From NCBI GenBank assembly GCA_965203355.1, contig OZ241889.1, positions 32,001-96,000 of the forward strand: 64,000 nucleotides of DNA. Reading direction: 5' to 3'. A program made the translations under genes and the position numbers. Shown piece after piece: positions 38,669 through 47,964 of the stretch (position 1 is the first letter of the stretch; every line of letters begins with the position of its first letter). Below the pieces are notes generated by a model. That model had not been told where the DNA came from, ran no database searches, and saw nothing but the letters and a program-made list of their open reading frames with translations. The stretch comes from Candidatus Latescibacterota bacterium. GTDB lineage: Bacteria > Latescibacterota > UBA2968 > UBA8231.

Positions 38669-41221
38669 TCACCCCTGCGCCCAATGCACTAACCCCATTT
38701 CCAACGGGCTTGGCAGATCGGGATGCGAGGGCACCACGCGCAGCGTATAGCCGTGCGAGCCAGCCGCCGCGCACGTGAAGGTGCCGACAAAGTGGTAAGT
38801 GCCGTCGCCATTTTGCCCGGCCAATTCCAGCGGGTACACCTCGGTCTGCGCGAACTCGCGCTGGGCATTGAGGCGGCCGGCGTAAATCTCGACGCGGACA
38901 TCCTCTGGCGTTAGCTCGCCCAACGTCACCGTAGCGCGCAACGGCACCTGCGTCCCCACCTTGGGCTGCCGCGGAAATTCAGCATCCACCGCGCCGATTT
39001 GCACCTGCGCCCACTTGGAGCGCACGTGCGACTTCCAATGCGTCAGCCGCTGAACCCGCTCGCGGTCGTCCGCCAATTCCTCAAAGCGCGCTTGCCCCGG
39101 CAAGTAGAATCGCTCGACGTACTCGCGCACCATGCGGTGGGTATTATACTGCGGTGCAAGCTGGACAATGGTTTCCTTCATGCGGGCGATCCAATCGCCG
39201 GGCAATCCGTCCGCATCGCGCTGGTAGAACAGCGGGACCACCTCGGTCTCTAGCAAGTCGTAGAGCGAGTTGGACTCAACCTCGTCTTGGTACGCCTCGT
39301 CGTCGTAGTCCTCGCCACGGCCAATAGTCCAGCCAGCGTGCTCGTCGCAGGCTTCGTCCCACCAACCATCGAGTACGCTGACGTTGAGCACCCCATTGAC
39401 CGCCGCCTTCATGCCCGACGTGCCCGACGCCTCCAAGGGGCGGCGGGGGTTGTTGAGCCACACATCACACCCTTGCACCAAGTAGCGGGCGAGGTTCATG
39501 TCGTAATCGGACAAAAAGAAAATCCGGCCGTTAAAGGGGCCTTGCCGGGCGAGGTGGACGATTTGGCGGATCAACTCCTTACCAGCGTCGTCGTGGGGAT
39601 GCGCTTTGCCAGCGAAGAAAATCTGCACTGGACGCTGCTCGTCGGAGAACAGGGCCTTGAGCCGCTCGATATGGCGAAAGATCAGGTTGCCGCGCTTGTA
39701 CGTGGCAAAGCGACGGGCAAAGCCAATGGTCAGCACCTCCGGGTCGAGCCGCGCTAAGGTCTGTTCAATTTTGGCCTTAGACGCGCCCTGGCTCCGCATC
39801 TGCTGGCGCAAGTGATGGCAGGCGACGTCAATCAACCGCTTGCGCCGCTGCTGGTGCGTGTCCCACAGTTCGCGGTCGGGGATCTGATAGACCGGCTCCC
39901 ATTCCCGCTCGTCAGCCGATACAAAGCGCCAAGTGTCGCCGAGATAGCGGTCGAACAGCTCGGCCATTTCCAGCGAAACCCACGTGTGGAGATGGACGCC
40001 GTTGGTGACGTGGCCGATGGGGATTTCGCGCTCGGCGAAATCGGGCCATAGGCCCTGCCACATGCGACGACTGACGGTGCCGTGCAGGCGACTGACGCCA
40101 TTGGCCCGGCCCGAAAGCCGCAGCGCCAAGACCGTCATGCAGAAGTCGGCGTGCGAATCGCGGGGGTCAATCCGGCCTAGGCCGATAAATTCCTCGTGCG
40201 ATAGGCCGAGCCACTCGCGGAAATAGCCCAAGTGCTCCTCAACCAAGTGCGCGGGAAACCAGTCGTTGCCCGCCGCGACCGGCGTGTGCGTGGTGAATAC
40301 ATTGCCGACGACGCTGGCCTCGCGAGCCGCCGCAAACGAATAGCCGTGCTCGGTCATTAAACGGCGAATCCGCTCTAGGGCCAAAAAGGCCGAGTGTCCC
40401 TCGTTCATGTGGCAGACCGTGGGTTCGACGCCCACGGCTTGCAGGACGCGCAGACCGCCGATGCCGAGGAGAATCTCCTGCCGGATGCGCATGGCCGCGT
40501 CGCCGCCGTAGAGACGGGCGGTAATATCGCGGTCTGCCGGGGCGTTTTCGTCGAGGTTAGTATCGAGCAAATAGAGCTGCACCCGGCCCACCGGCACCTG
40601 CCAGATCCGCGCTTGCACCGGGCCGTGGGCAAAGGGAACCTCAATGGTGAGATGCCCGCCGTCGGGGTCGTGGACCGGCTGCACGGGCATTTGGTAGAAG
40701 TCGTTTTCCGGGTTTTGCTCTATCTGCCAGCCATCGGCGTTGAGGACTTGGCGGAAATAGCCCTCGCGGTAGAGCAAGCCGACCCCGACGAGGGGAACGC
40801 CTAGATCGCTGGCAGCTTTGAGATGGTCGCCAGCGAGCACGCCCAAGCCTCCAGAATAGATGCGCAGGCTCTCGGTCAGGCCGAACTCCGCCGAGAAGTA
40901 CGCCACCTGTAACCGGCTCTCGCCCGGCCTCTGGCCAAACCACGTCGGCTGGGACAAATAGCCTTCGAACTGCTCAACGGCGCGCTCGATGCGGCTTTGC
41001 AGTTGCTCGTCGATTAGGGCGTCGAGTTGGTCCGGCCGCAGGAGAGTCCAAAAGCGCAGGGGATCGCGCTGGCTCTCAACCCACGTTTCCGGGTCGATCT
41101 GGTAGAGGGTGCGGATGGTTTCCTTGCTCCAACTCCACCAGAGATTGTGTCCCAACTCCCACAGCGGCGTCAGTTGCTCGGGCAAGGACGGAATGATATT
41201 GAGGCGATATAGCGGTTTCAT
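38669..41221 (-). CDS. glgP: Alpha-glucan phosphorylase
   Basis: YFSAEFG, YSGGLGVLAGD, HMNEGH, EASGTSGMKA. Confidence 0.96.
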   Translation of the reverse strand: MKPLYRLNIIPSLPEQLTPLWELGHNLWWSWSKETIRTLYQIDPETWVESQRDPLRFWTLLRPDQLDALIDEQLQSRIERAVEQFEGYLSQPTWFGQRPGESRLQVAYFSAEFGLTESLRIYSGGLGVLAGDHLKAASDLGVPLVGVGLLYREGYFRQVLNADGWQIEQNPENDFYQMPVQPVHDPDGGHLTIEVPFAHGPVQARIWQVPVGRVQLYLLDTNLDENAPADRDITARLYGGDAAMRIRQEILLGIGGLRVLQAVGVEPTVCHMNEGHSAFLALERIRRLMTEHGYSFAAAREASVVGNVFTTHTPVAAGNDWFPAHLVEEHLGYFREWLGLSHEEFIGLGRIDPRDSHADFCMTVLALRLSGRANGVSRLHGTVSRRMWQGLWPDFAEREIPIGHVTNGVHLHTWVSLEMAELFDRYLGDTWRFVSADEREWEPVYQIPDRELWDTHQQRRKRLIDVACHHLRQQMRSQGASKAKIEQTLARLDPEVLTIGFARRFATYKRGNLIFRHIERLKALFSDEQRPVQIFFAGKAHPHDDAGKELIRQIVHLARQGPFNGRIFFLSDYDMNLARYLVQGCDVWLNNPRRPLEASGTSGMKAAVNGVLNVSVLDGWWDEACDEHAGWTIGRGEDYDDEAYQDEVESNSLYDLLETEVVPLFYQRDADGLPGDWIARMKETIVQLAPQYNTHRMVREYVERFYLPGQARFEELADDRERVQRLTHWKSHVRSKWAQVQIGAVDAEFPRQPKVGTQVPLRATVTLGELTPEDVRVEIYAGRLNAQREFAQTEVYPLELAGQNGDGTYHFVGTFTCAAAGSHGYTLRVVPSHPDLPSPLEMGLVHWAQG

Positions 41222-41372
41222 TGTCAATTTCTTCTGTAATTGTAATTGAAGCGGCAGGACGCCTAAGACAGCAGCGTCGGCGCGTTTTGTCAAGGTCTGT
41301 CCACGCTCTATAACTTTAAGAAAATTGCGGCCACAACAAGCGTGGTCGGAAAGTTTTGCAATCTCCAATTGT

Positions 41373-41442
41373 CGGGGTTTAGGCGGAGCCGGGGCGATCC
41401 GTTTAATGGTAGTAAAGCTAAACTTCAAAACGTATCGCTACC
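41373..41442. repeat. Degenerate copy of a palindromic dispersed repeat (partner at 46843-46934)
   Basis: CGGGGTTTAGGCGGAGCCGGGGCGATCCGTT matches the other copy at 29/31; GCTAAACTTCAAAACGTA at 17/18. Confidence 0.75.
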
Positions 41443-41447
41443 TACAC

Positions 41448-41477
41448 TTGACACGCCTTTACTGAAATTCATAAAAT
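41448..41477 (+). promoter_or_regulatory. Putative sigma70 promoter for the surface-protein locus
   Basis: TTGACA (41448-41453), 18 bp, TAAAAT (41472-41477). Confidence 0.65.
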
Positions 41478-41561
41478 ATGCGTTGCAATTCACGGCGGCG
41501 CGGCGCGTTTGGGTTATAGAACCTCCGCCGTTTGCGGCACTTTTAGTCGGATTAACAGGAC

Positions 41562-41708
41562 ATGGGCACAACGTCAATATCACAAAGAACGCCATCGCCG
41601 GGCGCGGTGCCTTGTTCTATGCTTGCGACAACGCCGAGTCTTAATTTACGCAAGTCGTTAAAAAACAATGATTTACCCCCCCCCCCCCCGAATTTTCTTG
41701 GGCATTAA
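41562..41708 (+). other. Putative leader ORF (48 aa) containing a C14 tract
   Basis: ACAGGAC then ATG 41562; reads ...RKSLKNNDLPPPPPNFLGH*; C14 at 41676-41689. Confidence 0.45.
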
Positions 41709-41801
41709 GCCCTAGCTTCACTCGCCAACCTATTCGCCTCGCTCCCCTTCCTAAGCAAAAGCGGGAAGAGGCATTGCTCTGCCCGGCCGCGTCGGTAAGC
41801 C

Positions 41802-41835
41802 CCACTGGCCACTGGCCACCGGCCACCGGCCACCC
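41802..41835. repeat. Heptamer tandem repeat CCAC(T/C)GG x about 5
   Basis: Same unit as 35215-35245 in the opposite orientation. Confidence 0.85.
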
Positions 41836-42025
41836 ATCCACATCACAAACGAAAACCATCCTCGGTAGCTTCGCGGTTATCGGCGGGCGACGTCGTAGTC
41901 CTAGCTCTCGCCGCGAGGCATTCGTCTTTTTTAACGTTCACAAAAACGCAAGAACGCAACGGCTTAGTGATAAGGCTAAGTCCATTTTCTTCTGTCACTT
42001 TTCCCTTTTCTAAAGGAGTGAGATC

Positions 42026-45000
42026 ATGAGTACGCACACGCGGCTTTTTACCTTTCCTTGTTTGCTGATTGCCAGTTTGCTGTTGGCTGTGGAAGCCCCG
42101 GCTCAGACCGAGAATATCGACATATCCGTTGATCGGCGTTCGGTCCGCGAGGATGGGGGAGCGCAAGATATTGCGATAACAGCCGAATTACGCGACACTG
42201 ACGCGAAGGCAAAGGTCGATCTTTATCTTCCGCTGAGTCTCGTCGGTGTCACGTCCCGCTATCTCAACGATTTATTCACCATATCCTTCCCCTCTTTGGT
42301 GATTAAGAAGGACGAGCGCAAGGCCACCGGGACTATCACCATAACCCCGAAAGACAATGCTTGGATCGGCCCTATCGCACGCTCGGCGACCGCTCCAACG
42401 AATGTTGGTTTCCTGACCATAACGGGCACGGTCGATACATCGGCGGTTCTAAAGCGGGTTAATATTCCTATCGTGATTGATATAGGGGGTTCTACTGGCA
42501 ACATCGCCTTAAAAGGCCAAACCACCCCGGCCTATACTGAGACTGGTAGTGTTACTGGCGTCTTCTATATTGAGATTGTTGACGACGAGCAGTTGCCCCA
42601 AAACATCAACCTCTCTTTTTCGCCGTCCAAGCTCGGCAAGGAGGCGGGTCCGACTCCGATTAAAGTGACGGCGACGTTGGATGGCGGCGCGTTGACGCGC
42701 CACGACCTTGAAACCCAGTTGGTTGTTGTTGAGGGCAAGGGGGCTACCAGCGATACGTTGGCGCGCGACTCGAATTTCTCGATTAGCGGGCTGGGAAAGC
42801 TGACCATTCCGAAGGGGCAGACCGAAGCGACGATGACGATCACCGTCGATCCGAGTAATAAGGCGGGCAAGATCGTGCTGGGGGCCAGTGCCAGGGGTGA
42901 TACGACGCTGATAGTGAAGTCAAAACGGTTCAACAGCGCGGGTAAGCAGGTCCGACTCGACTTCCATTTTGATGATTCCTTCGACTCCGATGGTTATATA
43001 AACGACGTATCCGGAAGCTATAATTTCGGCGAAAAGTTTGGGGATGGTGCCGCGCGGAGGCTCGTCGGAATAGACTACAACGGCGATGGGGATGTTGGAA
43101 CAAACAACGATGGGGATGCGTTTGTTGGGTATACTCTTAGCGGCGGGCGTGAGCTCTTAAAAGATTCCGACTTCCTACCTACGGGGACCGTCTTGGTAGA
43201 AAAAGACTTGGGGCTCGACTTATACGGGGATGGCGATTTGTTGGATACCTATGTGGTACCCGCCGATACCGTATTAACGGAACGCGGTTCCCGCTTGTTC
43301 CCTAAAACGGACACGGAGCGTAGATACAGGTGGGGTCCACGAGCAAGCGATAGAGGACCTCGACTCCCTCTCCAGGCCGACTTTAACGGCAATGGCATCA
43401 TCGGTGATGGCAGTAGTACCGGTACTGGTTGGGTCATGAATTATGTGGAACATTTTCCCATTCGCATTAAGGTCAGGGCGGGCGTCATCACGGTCGAGGA
43501 CGTCGCCGTCGCGCAGATCAAGAATTTTACGCTGAGTCCAGCGACGATCCGCGAGGCCGCCGGAGCGACGGACGTTGCGATGACGGTTGAATTGGAGAAA
43601 GCCTTGACCGGCGCGAAGGCGGTGGACTTTCAGATTACGGCCGGTTCTTCCGGGACGCGCGATGTGAATTACGAAGTGGAAGTGATTGAAGGCTTGACGA
43701 TCCCGGCCGGCAACACCAAAGGCACGGCGACGTTGCGCGTCACGCCGGTGGACAACAGCGGTGTGAATAATCCGTGGACGTTCACGGTGCAAGCGAAAGT
43801 CGGCGATGACACATCTCAGATGAAGGATGCGCCGTTCGAGATCACGGACGATGAGACGCTGAGCGATGACATTACGCTGTCGGTCAGCCCGAGCGAAATC
43901 AAAGAGGACGCCGGGGCGACGACCGTTACGGTGACCGGCACGTTGGACGGCAAGGTGCTCGACGCGAATGCGACGATCACGCTGGTCGTGGATCGTACGC
44001 CGGACAAGTCGGCGACGCGGGACGTGGATTACACGGCAGCGCTTAGCTCGCTGACGATTCCGGCGGGCGCGATCACCGGCTCGACGACGATCACGATCAC
44101 GCCCGTCAACGACGGGACCGGCGACAACGACGAGACGATCACGATCAAGCAGCTCACGGACAACCTCAAGAACCAAGACGACGACAAGATCACGGTCAGC
44201 ACCGCGAAGATCACGCTGAAAGACGCGGCGAAGATGGATGATTCTTCCGAGACGACCACGACCACGACCACGGCCACGGGAGGGCCGAGTTTCGGTGCGG
44301 CCGCATTAGCCTTTGAAGCGACGGTAGGTCAGGCGTTCAGCGAGGTGTTGCCCGCCGCGACGGGCGGCCAAGGAACGCTGCGGTACCGGGTCTCGTCGAG
44401 CCTGCCGATGGGGCTGTCGTTTGACGCGGCCACGCGGACGCTTTCCGGGACGCCGACGCTGGCGGGCATGTCCTCGGTCGTCTATATGGCGTTCGATGAC
44501 GCCGACAATGGCCGGGCAAAAACCATCACCATCACCGTCAGCGAAGCCGCGCCGGTCACCGTGGGCGTCGCCAGCGTGATGGCTTCGCAATCGGCGGTGC
44601 GCGAGAACGGCGACACGGCTGAAATCCGAGTTACGGCGACCTTGTCGGGCGCGGCTCCAGCGACCGAGACGGTCCGCTTCACGATTGTGCCGCCGGCCAG
44701 CGGCGCGATGGCCACCCGCGACGTGGATTATACGGCGGCGTTGGCCGGGACGATCACCATTGCGGCCGGCGAGACGATGGGTTGGACGAGGCTTTTCCTG
44801 TCGCCGATTGACAACGCTTCGGCGGACGGGCACAAGTTCTTGGGTATTCGGGCGGCGGCTTCGGGCGGCTGGGGGCAAGTGGACTTGCGGATTTCCGACG
44901 ATGAAACGCCAAGCACGTCTCTGGTGCTGTCGGTGACGCCGAGCGCGCTCAGCGAGTCAGCGGAATTGACGGAAGTAATGGTCATGGCCGCACTGGACGG

Positions 45001-46348
45001 CAAGCCGCTGGCCGAAGATGCCACCGCGACCGTCTCGATTGATGAGGTAGCTTCGAGCGCCCTGCGCGACACGGACTACTCGGCCTTGTTCGATCCGCTG
45101 ATTACCATTGCGGCCGGTTCGATTATGGGTTCGACGCGCCTGTTGGTTGATCCGACGGCCGACAGTATGGCCGAAGGCGACGAGACGATCGTGCTCAACG
45201 CGATGCTGCCCGGCTTGACTTCGGATTCGGCGACGCTGGTGCTGACCGACATGGATAGCGGCATGATGGACGGCGATATGGATGGCGATGAGGATACGAC
45301 GAGCTCCTTGGCTTTCGTCGAGGGCACTTCGGTCGCCGCGCATACCTACACGGCGGGCACGGCGGTTACGCCGTTGGTCCTGCCGGTGGCGATGGGCGGC
45401 GAAGGCTCCATCACGTACAGCGTGTCGGGTTTGCCAGCGGGACTGTCGTTTGACGCGGCCACCCGGACGATTTCGGGTACGCCGGACGCGGCGACCGATG
45501 GTGCCGTTGAAGTCACCTACACGGCGATGGCTGGCGCCGAAAGCGTCTCGCTGAAGTTCGCGATTACCATCAACGCGATGCTGGATTTTGTCGACCTGGA
45601 TTCGTTGTTCGGTCGGTTCAACAGCGGAGCCGGCAAGCCGGTGCCGTCGCAGGCGGGGCTGAATGCGGCGGCGCGGCTGTATCTGGATGCGCCGACAGCC
45701 CTGCCGAGCGTGGGAGAGGATTTCGGCGTTAATGTGCGGTTGACCGACTTCGTGGCGGTCAAGGGCTACGGCTTGCAGATAGCGTATGACGACGATCAGT
45801 TGACCTTCGTCGAGGCGCAGACCGATCAGCCGCTGGGCGATAGCGCATTCGCTACGCCGCAGGTGCGGGCCGAAGCGGGCGTGTTGACGGTAGCCACGCA
45901 CGGCGATGTCGTTTCCGACGGCGAGTTGATGTTGCGCTTGGTCTTCCGGCCGACGACCGAGATCGAGCACACGACCCTCGAAATCACCGACAACCGGACC
46001 TGGGACCAGGCGTTGGGCTTCAACCGCTTGGCATTGCCCGCGCCAGTGTCGTTACAGACGCGCCCAGCCGTGTTCTCGCTGGCAGCCAACTATCCGAACC
46101 CGTTCAATCCGCAGACGACGATTCAGTATGCGTTGCCGCAGGCGGCGGACGTGGGGCTGACCGTGTACAACGTGTTGGGTCAGCCGATTCGGACGCTGGT
46201 CGCCGAGCATCAGAGTGCTGGTCATTACGCGGTGGAGTGGGACGCGACCAACGATAGCGGCCAGAGCGTGTCGTCGGGGATGTACTTCTACCGCTTGCAG
46301 GCGGGCGGCGACTTCCTCGCCGTTCAGAAGATGCTGCTGCTCAAGTAA
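42026..46348 (+). CDS. Large secreted/surface protein with Calx-beta-like and putative Ig repeats and an FlgD-Ig/T9SS-like C-terminal domain
   Basis: Signal peptide; repeated ATRDVDYTAAL and GLSFDAATRT(L/I)SGTP modules; C-terminal NYPNPFNP...GMYFYRL...KMLLLK; AAGGAG RBS. Confidence 0.9.
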   Translation: MSTHTRLFTFPCLLIASLLLAVEAPAQTENIDISVDRRSVREDGGAQDIAITAELRDTDAKAKVDLYLPLSLVGVTSRYLNDLFTISFPSLVIKKDERKATGTITITPKDNAWIGPIARSATAPTNVGFLTITGTVDTSAVLKRVNIPIVIDIGGSTGNIALKGQTTPAYTETGSVTGVFYIEIVDDEQLPQNINLSFSPSKLGKEAGPTPIKVTATLDGGALTRHDLETQLVVVEGKGATSDTLARDSNFSISGLGKLTIPKGQTEATMTITVDPSNKAGKIVLGASARGDTTLIVKSKRFNSAGKQVRLDFHFDDSFDSDGYINDVSGSYNFGEKFGDGAARRLVGIDYNGDGDVGTNNDGDAFVGYTLSGGRELLKDSDFLPTGTVLVEKDLGLDLYGDGDLLDTYVVPADTVLTERGSRLFPKTDTERRYRWGPRASDRGPRLPLQADFNGNGIIGDGSSTGTGWVMNYVEHFPIRIKVRAGVITVEDVAVAQIKNFTLSPATIREAAGATDVAMTVELEKALTGAKAVDFQITAGSSGTRDVNYEVEVIEGLTIPAGNTKGTATLRVTPVDNSGVNNPWTFTVQAKVGDDTSQMKDAPFEITDDETLSDDITLSVSPSEIKEDAGATTVTVTGTLDGKVLDANATITLVVDRTPDKSATRDVDYTAALSSLTIPAGAITGSTTITITPVNDGTGDNDETITIKQLTDNLKNQDDDKITVSTAKITLKDAAKMDDSSETTTTTTTATGGPSFGAAALAFEATVGQAFSEVLPAATGGQGTLRYRVSSSLPMGLSFDAATRTLSGTPTLAGMSSVVYMAFDDADNGRAKTITITVSEAAPVTVGVASVMASQSAVRENGDTAEIRVTATLSGAAPATETVRFTIVPPASGAMATRDVDYTAALAGTITIAAGETMGWTRLFLSPIDNASADGHKFLGIRAAASGGWGQVDLRISDDETPSTSLVLSVTPSALSESAELTEVMVMAALDGKPLAEDATATVSIDEVASSALRDTDYSALFDPLITIAAGSIMGSTRLLVDPTADSMAEGDETIVLNAMLPGLTSDSATLVLTDMDSGMMDGDMDGDEDTTSSLAFVEGTSVAAHTYTAGTAVTPLVLPVAMGGEGSITYSVSGLPAGLSFDAATRTISGTPDAATDGAVEVTYTAMAGAESVSLKFAITINAMLDFVDLDSLFGRFNSGAGKPVPSQAGLNAAARLYLDAPTALPSVGEDFGVNVRLTDFVAVKGYGLQIAYDDDQLTFVEAQTDQPLGDSAFATPQVRAEAGVLTVATHGDVVSDGELMLRLVFRPTTEIEHTTLEITDNRTWDQALGFNRLALPAPVSLQTRPAVFSLAANYPNPFNPQTTIQYALPQAADVGLTVYNVLGQPIRTLVAEHQSAGHYAVEWDATNDSGQSVSSGMYFYRLQAGGDFLAVQKMLLLK

Positions 46349-46717
46349 CATCCACGACACCGCAAGGCACGGAAATGGGACCCTGATGTTCTGGGGTCCC
46401 ATTTTCTTTTCCGTATGAACGTCCGATCGACAGCCTACAGGACCGCTTGCAGGTGGGTGAAGCGTTCCTCGCCGTGCAGAAGATGCTGCTGCTCAAGTAA
46501 CACACGCGACACCGCAAGGCACGGAAATGGGACCCCGATGTTCTGGGGTCCCATTTTCTTTTCCGTATGAACGTCCGATCGACAGCCTACGGCCCGCTTG
46601 CAGGTCGGCGAAGCGTTCCTCGCCGTCAAACTGCTGCTACTCAAGTAGCACACGCGACATCGCGCGAGTTACGAAAATGGGACCTCAGTTTTCTGGGGGT
46701 CTCATTTCTATTGTCAA
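46290..46717 (+). repeat. Three tandem units of about 152 bp, each holding the last 17-18 codons of the surface gene plus a terminator
   Basis: Units start at about 46290, 46442 and 46594; each contains a GAAATGGGACC...GGTC(C/T)CATTT hairpin. Confidence 0.93.
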
Positions 46718-46842
46718 TGTTCGAGAACTAGACAGCGCACTAGTTTCCCCCGCTGTCCACGCCGCCGCCGCCGGGTCCCATTTCTATTGTCAAGGTCGGC
46801 AACTACACTGCACGGCCAAAGCGGGATTAGACCAAATCATTC

Positions 46843-46934
46843 GGTCGTAGTACGTTTTCGGGCGGGCTTGGGTCGCCGGGGTTCAGGCGGAGCCGGGGCG
46901 ACCCGTTCGCTAAATTTCAAAACGTACCACTATC
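46843..46934. repeat. Nested palindromic element (REP/MITE-like)
   Basis: Outer arms GGTCGTAGTACGTTTT / AAAACGTACCACTATC; inner stem GGGTCGCC / GGCGACCC. Confidence 0.75.
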
Positions 46935-46953
46935 GAAAGCTCAGGAGAGTTTT

Positions 46954-47964
46954 ATGCGCGAAACACCCAAAGTGATCATCAGCGGCTTTGCCGACGAGGG
47001 GCCGACCGACAAAAAAGCCGAAGCCCAGCTTGCCATGCTCGCAACGCTGGGCATGTCGCACTACAGCTTGCGCTTTGTCGATGTAGGACCGGGCATAAAA
47101 AATGTGATGCAGCTAACGCCGCCCGAGATCGCACGGCTGCGCCAACTGCACGGCGAATTTGGGATTGCCGTAGCCTCGATCGGCTCGCCGATTGGCAAGG
47201 TCAAGCTACTCGACGTGGAAGACGGCTCGGCCAATGCCTATATCCCATTTGACCAGTATTTGCAACAGGACGTGCAACGGGCCGTGGACCTGGCCGGCGA
47301 GTTCGAGACGCGGCTGATTCGCGGGTTCTCGTTTTACCATCCTCGCGGCGAAGATCCCGCCAACTACGTGGAACCTGCCGCCGAGCGGCTGACGCAAATC
47401 GCCGAGGTTTGCCGCCGAGGCGGGACCATTTTTGGCCTAGAGGTCGAAGCCAATCTCGTCGGCCAGAACGGGCGGCTCCTGCAAAAGCTCTACGAAATGA
47501 TCGACCATCCCAACCTGTACCTGATCTTTGACGGCGGCAATCTGGCGAGCCAAAACCTCACCCCGGGCGAAATCCTGGCCGAGTATCGCGCGATGCGCGC
47601 GGGGATTGGTTGGATGCACATCAAGGACTACAAGATCGACCCGGCTCTCCAATGGGAAGGCGTCGTAGAGGAGGAGCGGCTCAAAAACTTTGTGCCCGCA
47701 GATCGCGGCGACTCCGGGCACGAAGCCATCCTGCGCGACTTCCGCACCCGCCTCCCGGCCTTGGAACGCGAGCTAAAGCAGCAAGGAGTCCCCGGCGTGT
47801 TCTTCGACCTGGAGCCGCACCTAAAGGGCGGCGGACAGTTCGGCGGCTTCAGCGGCGTCGATGGATTCGGCGTCGCGCTGCGGGCACTGCTCAACCTGCT
47901 CGACTACGTGGGCATCGGCTACGCGCTGACCGACTACGAGGCCATCGCTCGACAGCGCACCTAA
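46954..47964 (+). CDS. Sugar phosphate isomerase/epimerase (TIM barrel)
   Basis: SGFADE, IGSPIGK, IFDGGN, MHIKD, LEPHL. Confidence 0.88.
   Translation: MRETPKVIISGFADEGPTDKKAEAQLAMLATLGMSHYSLRFVDVGPGIKNVMQLTPPEIARLRQLHGEFGIAVASIGSPIGKVKLLDVEDGSANAYIPFDQYLQQDVQRAVDLAGEFETRLIRGFSFYHPRGEDPANYVEPAAERLTQIAEVCRRGGTIFGLEVEANLVGQNGRLLQKLYEMIDHPNLYLIFDGGNLASQNLTPGEILAEYRAMRAGIGWMHIKDYKIDPALQWEGVVEEERLKNFVPADRGDSGHEAILRDFRTRLPALERELKQQGVPGVFFDLEPHLKGGGQFGGFSGVDGFGVALRALLNLLDYVGIGYALTDYEAIARQRT

Noticed and set aside
46290-46717. Tail repeats as a DGR template/variable repeat pair or a CRISPR array
   Set aside because: Differences are not adenine-specific, no reverse transcriptase is in the window, and there are no unique spacers
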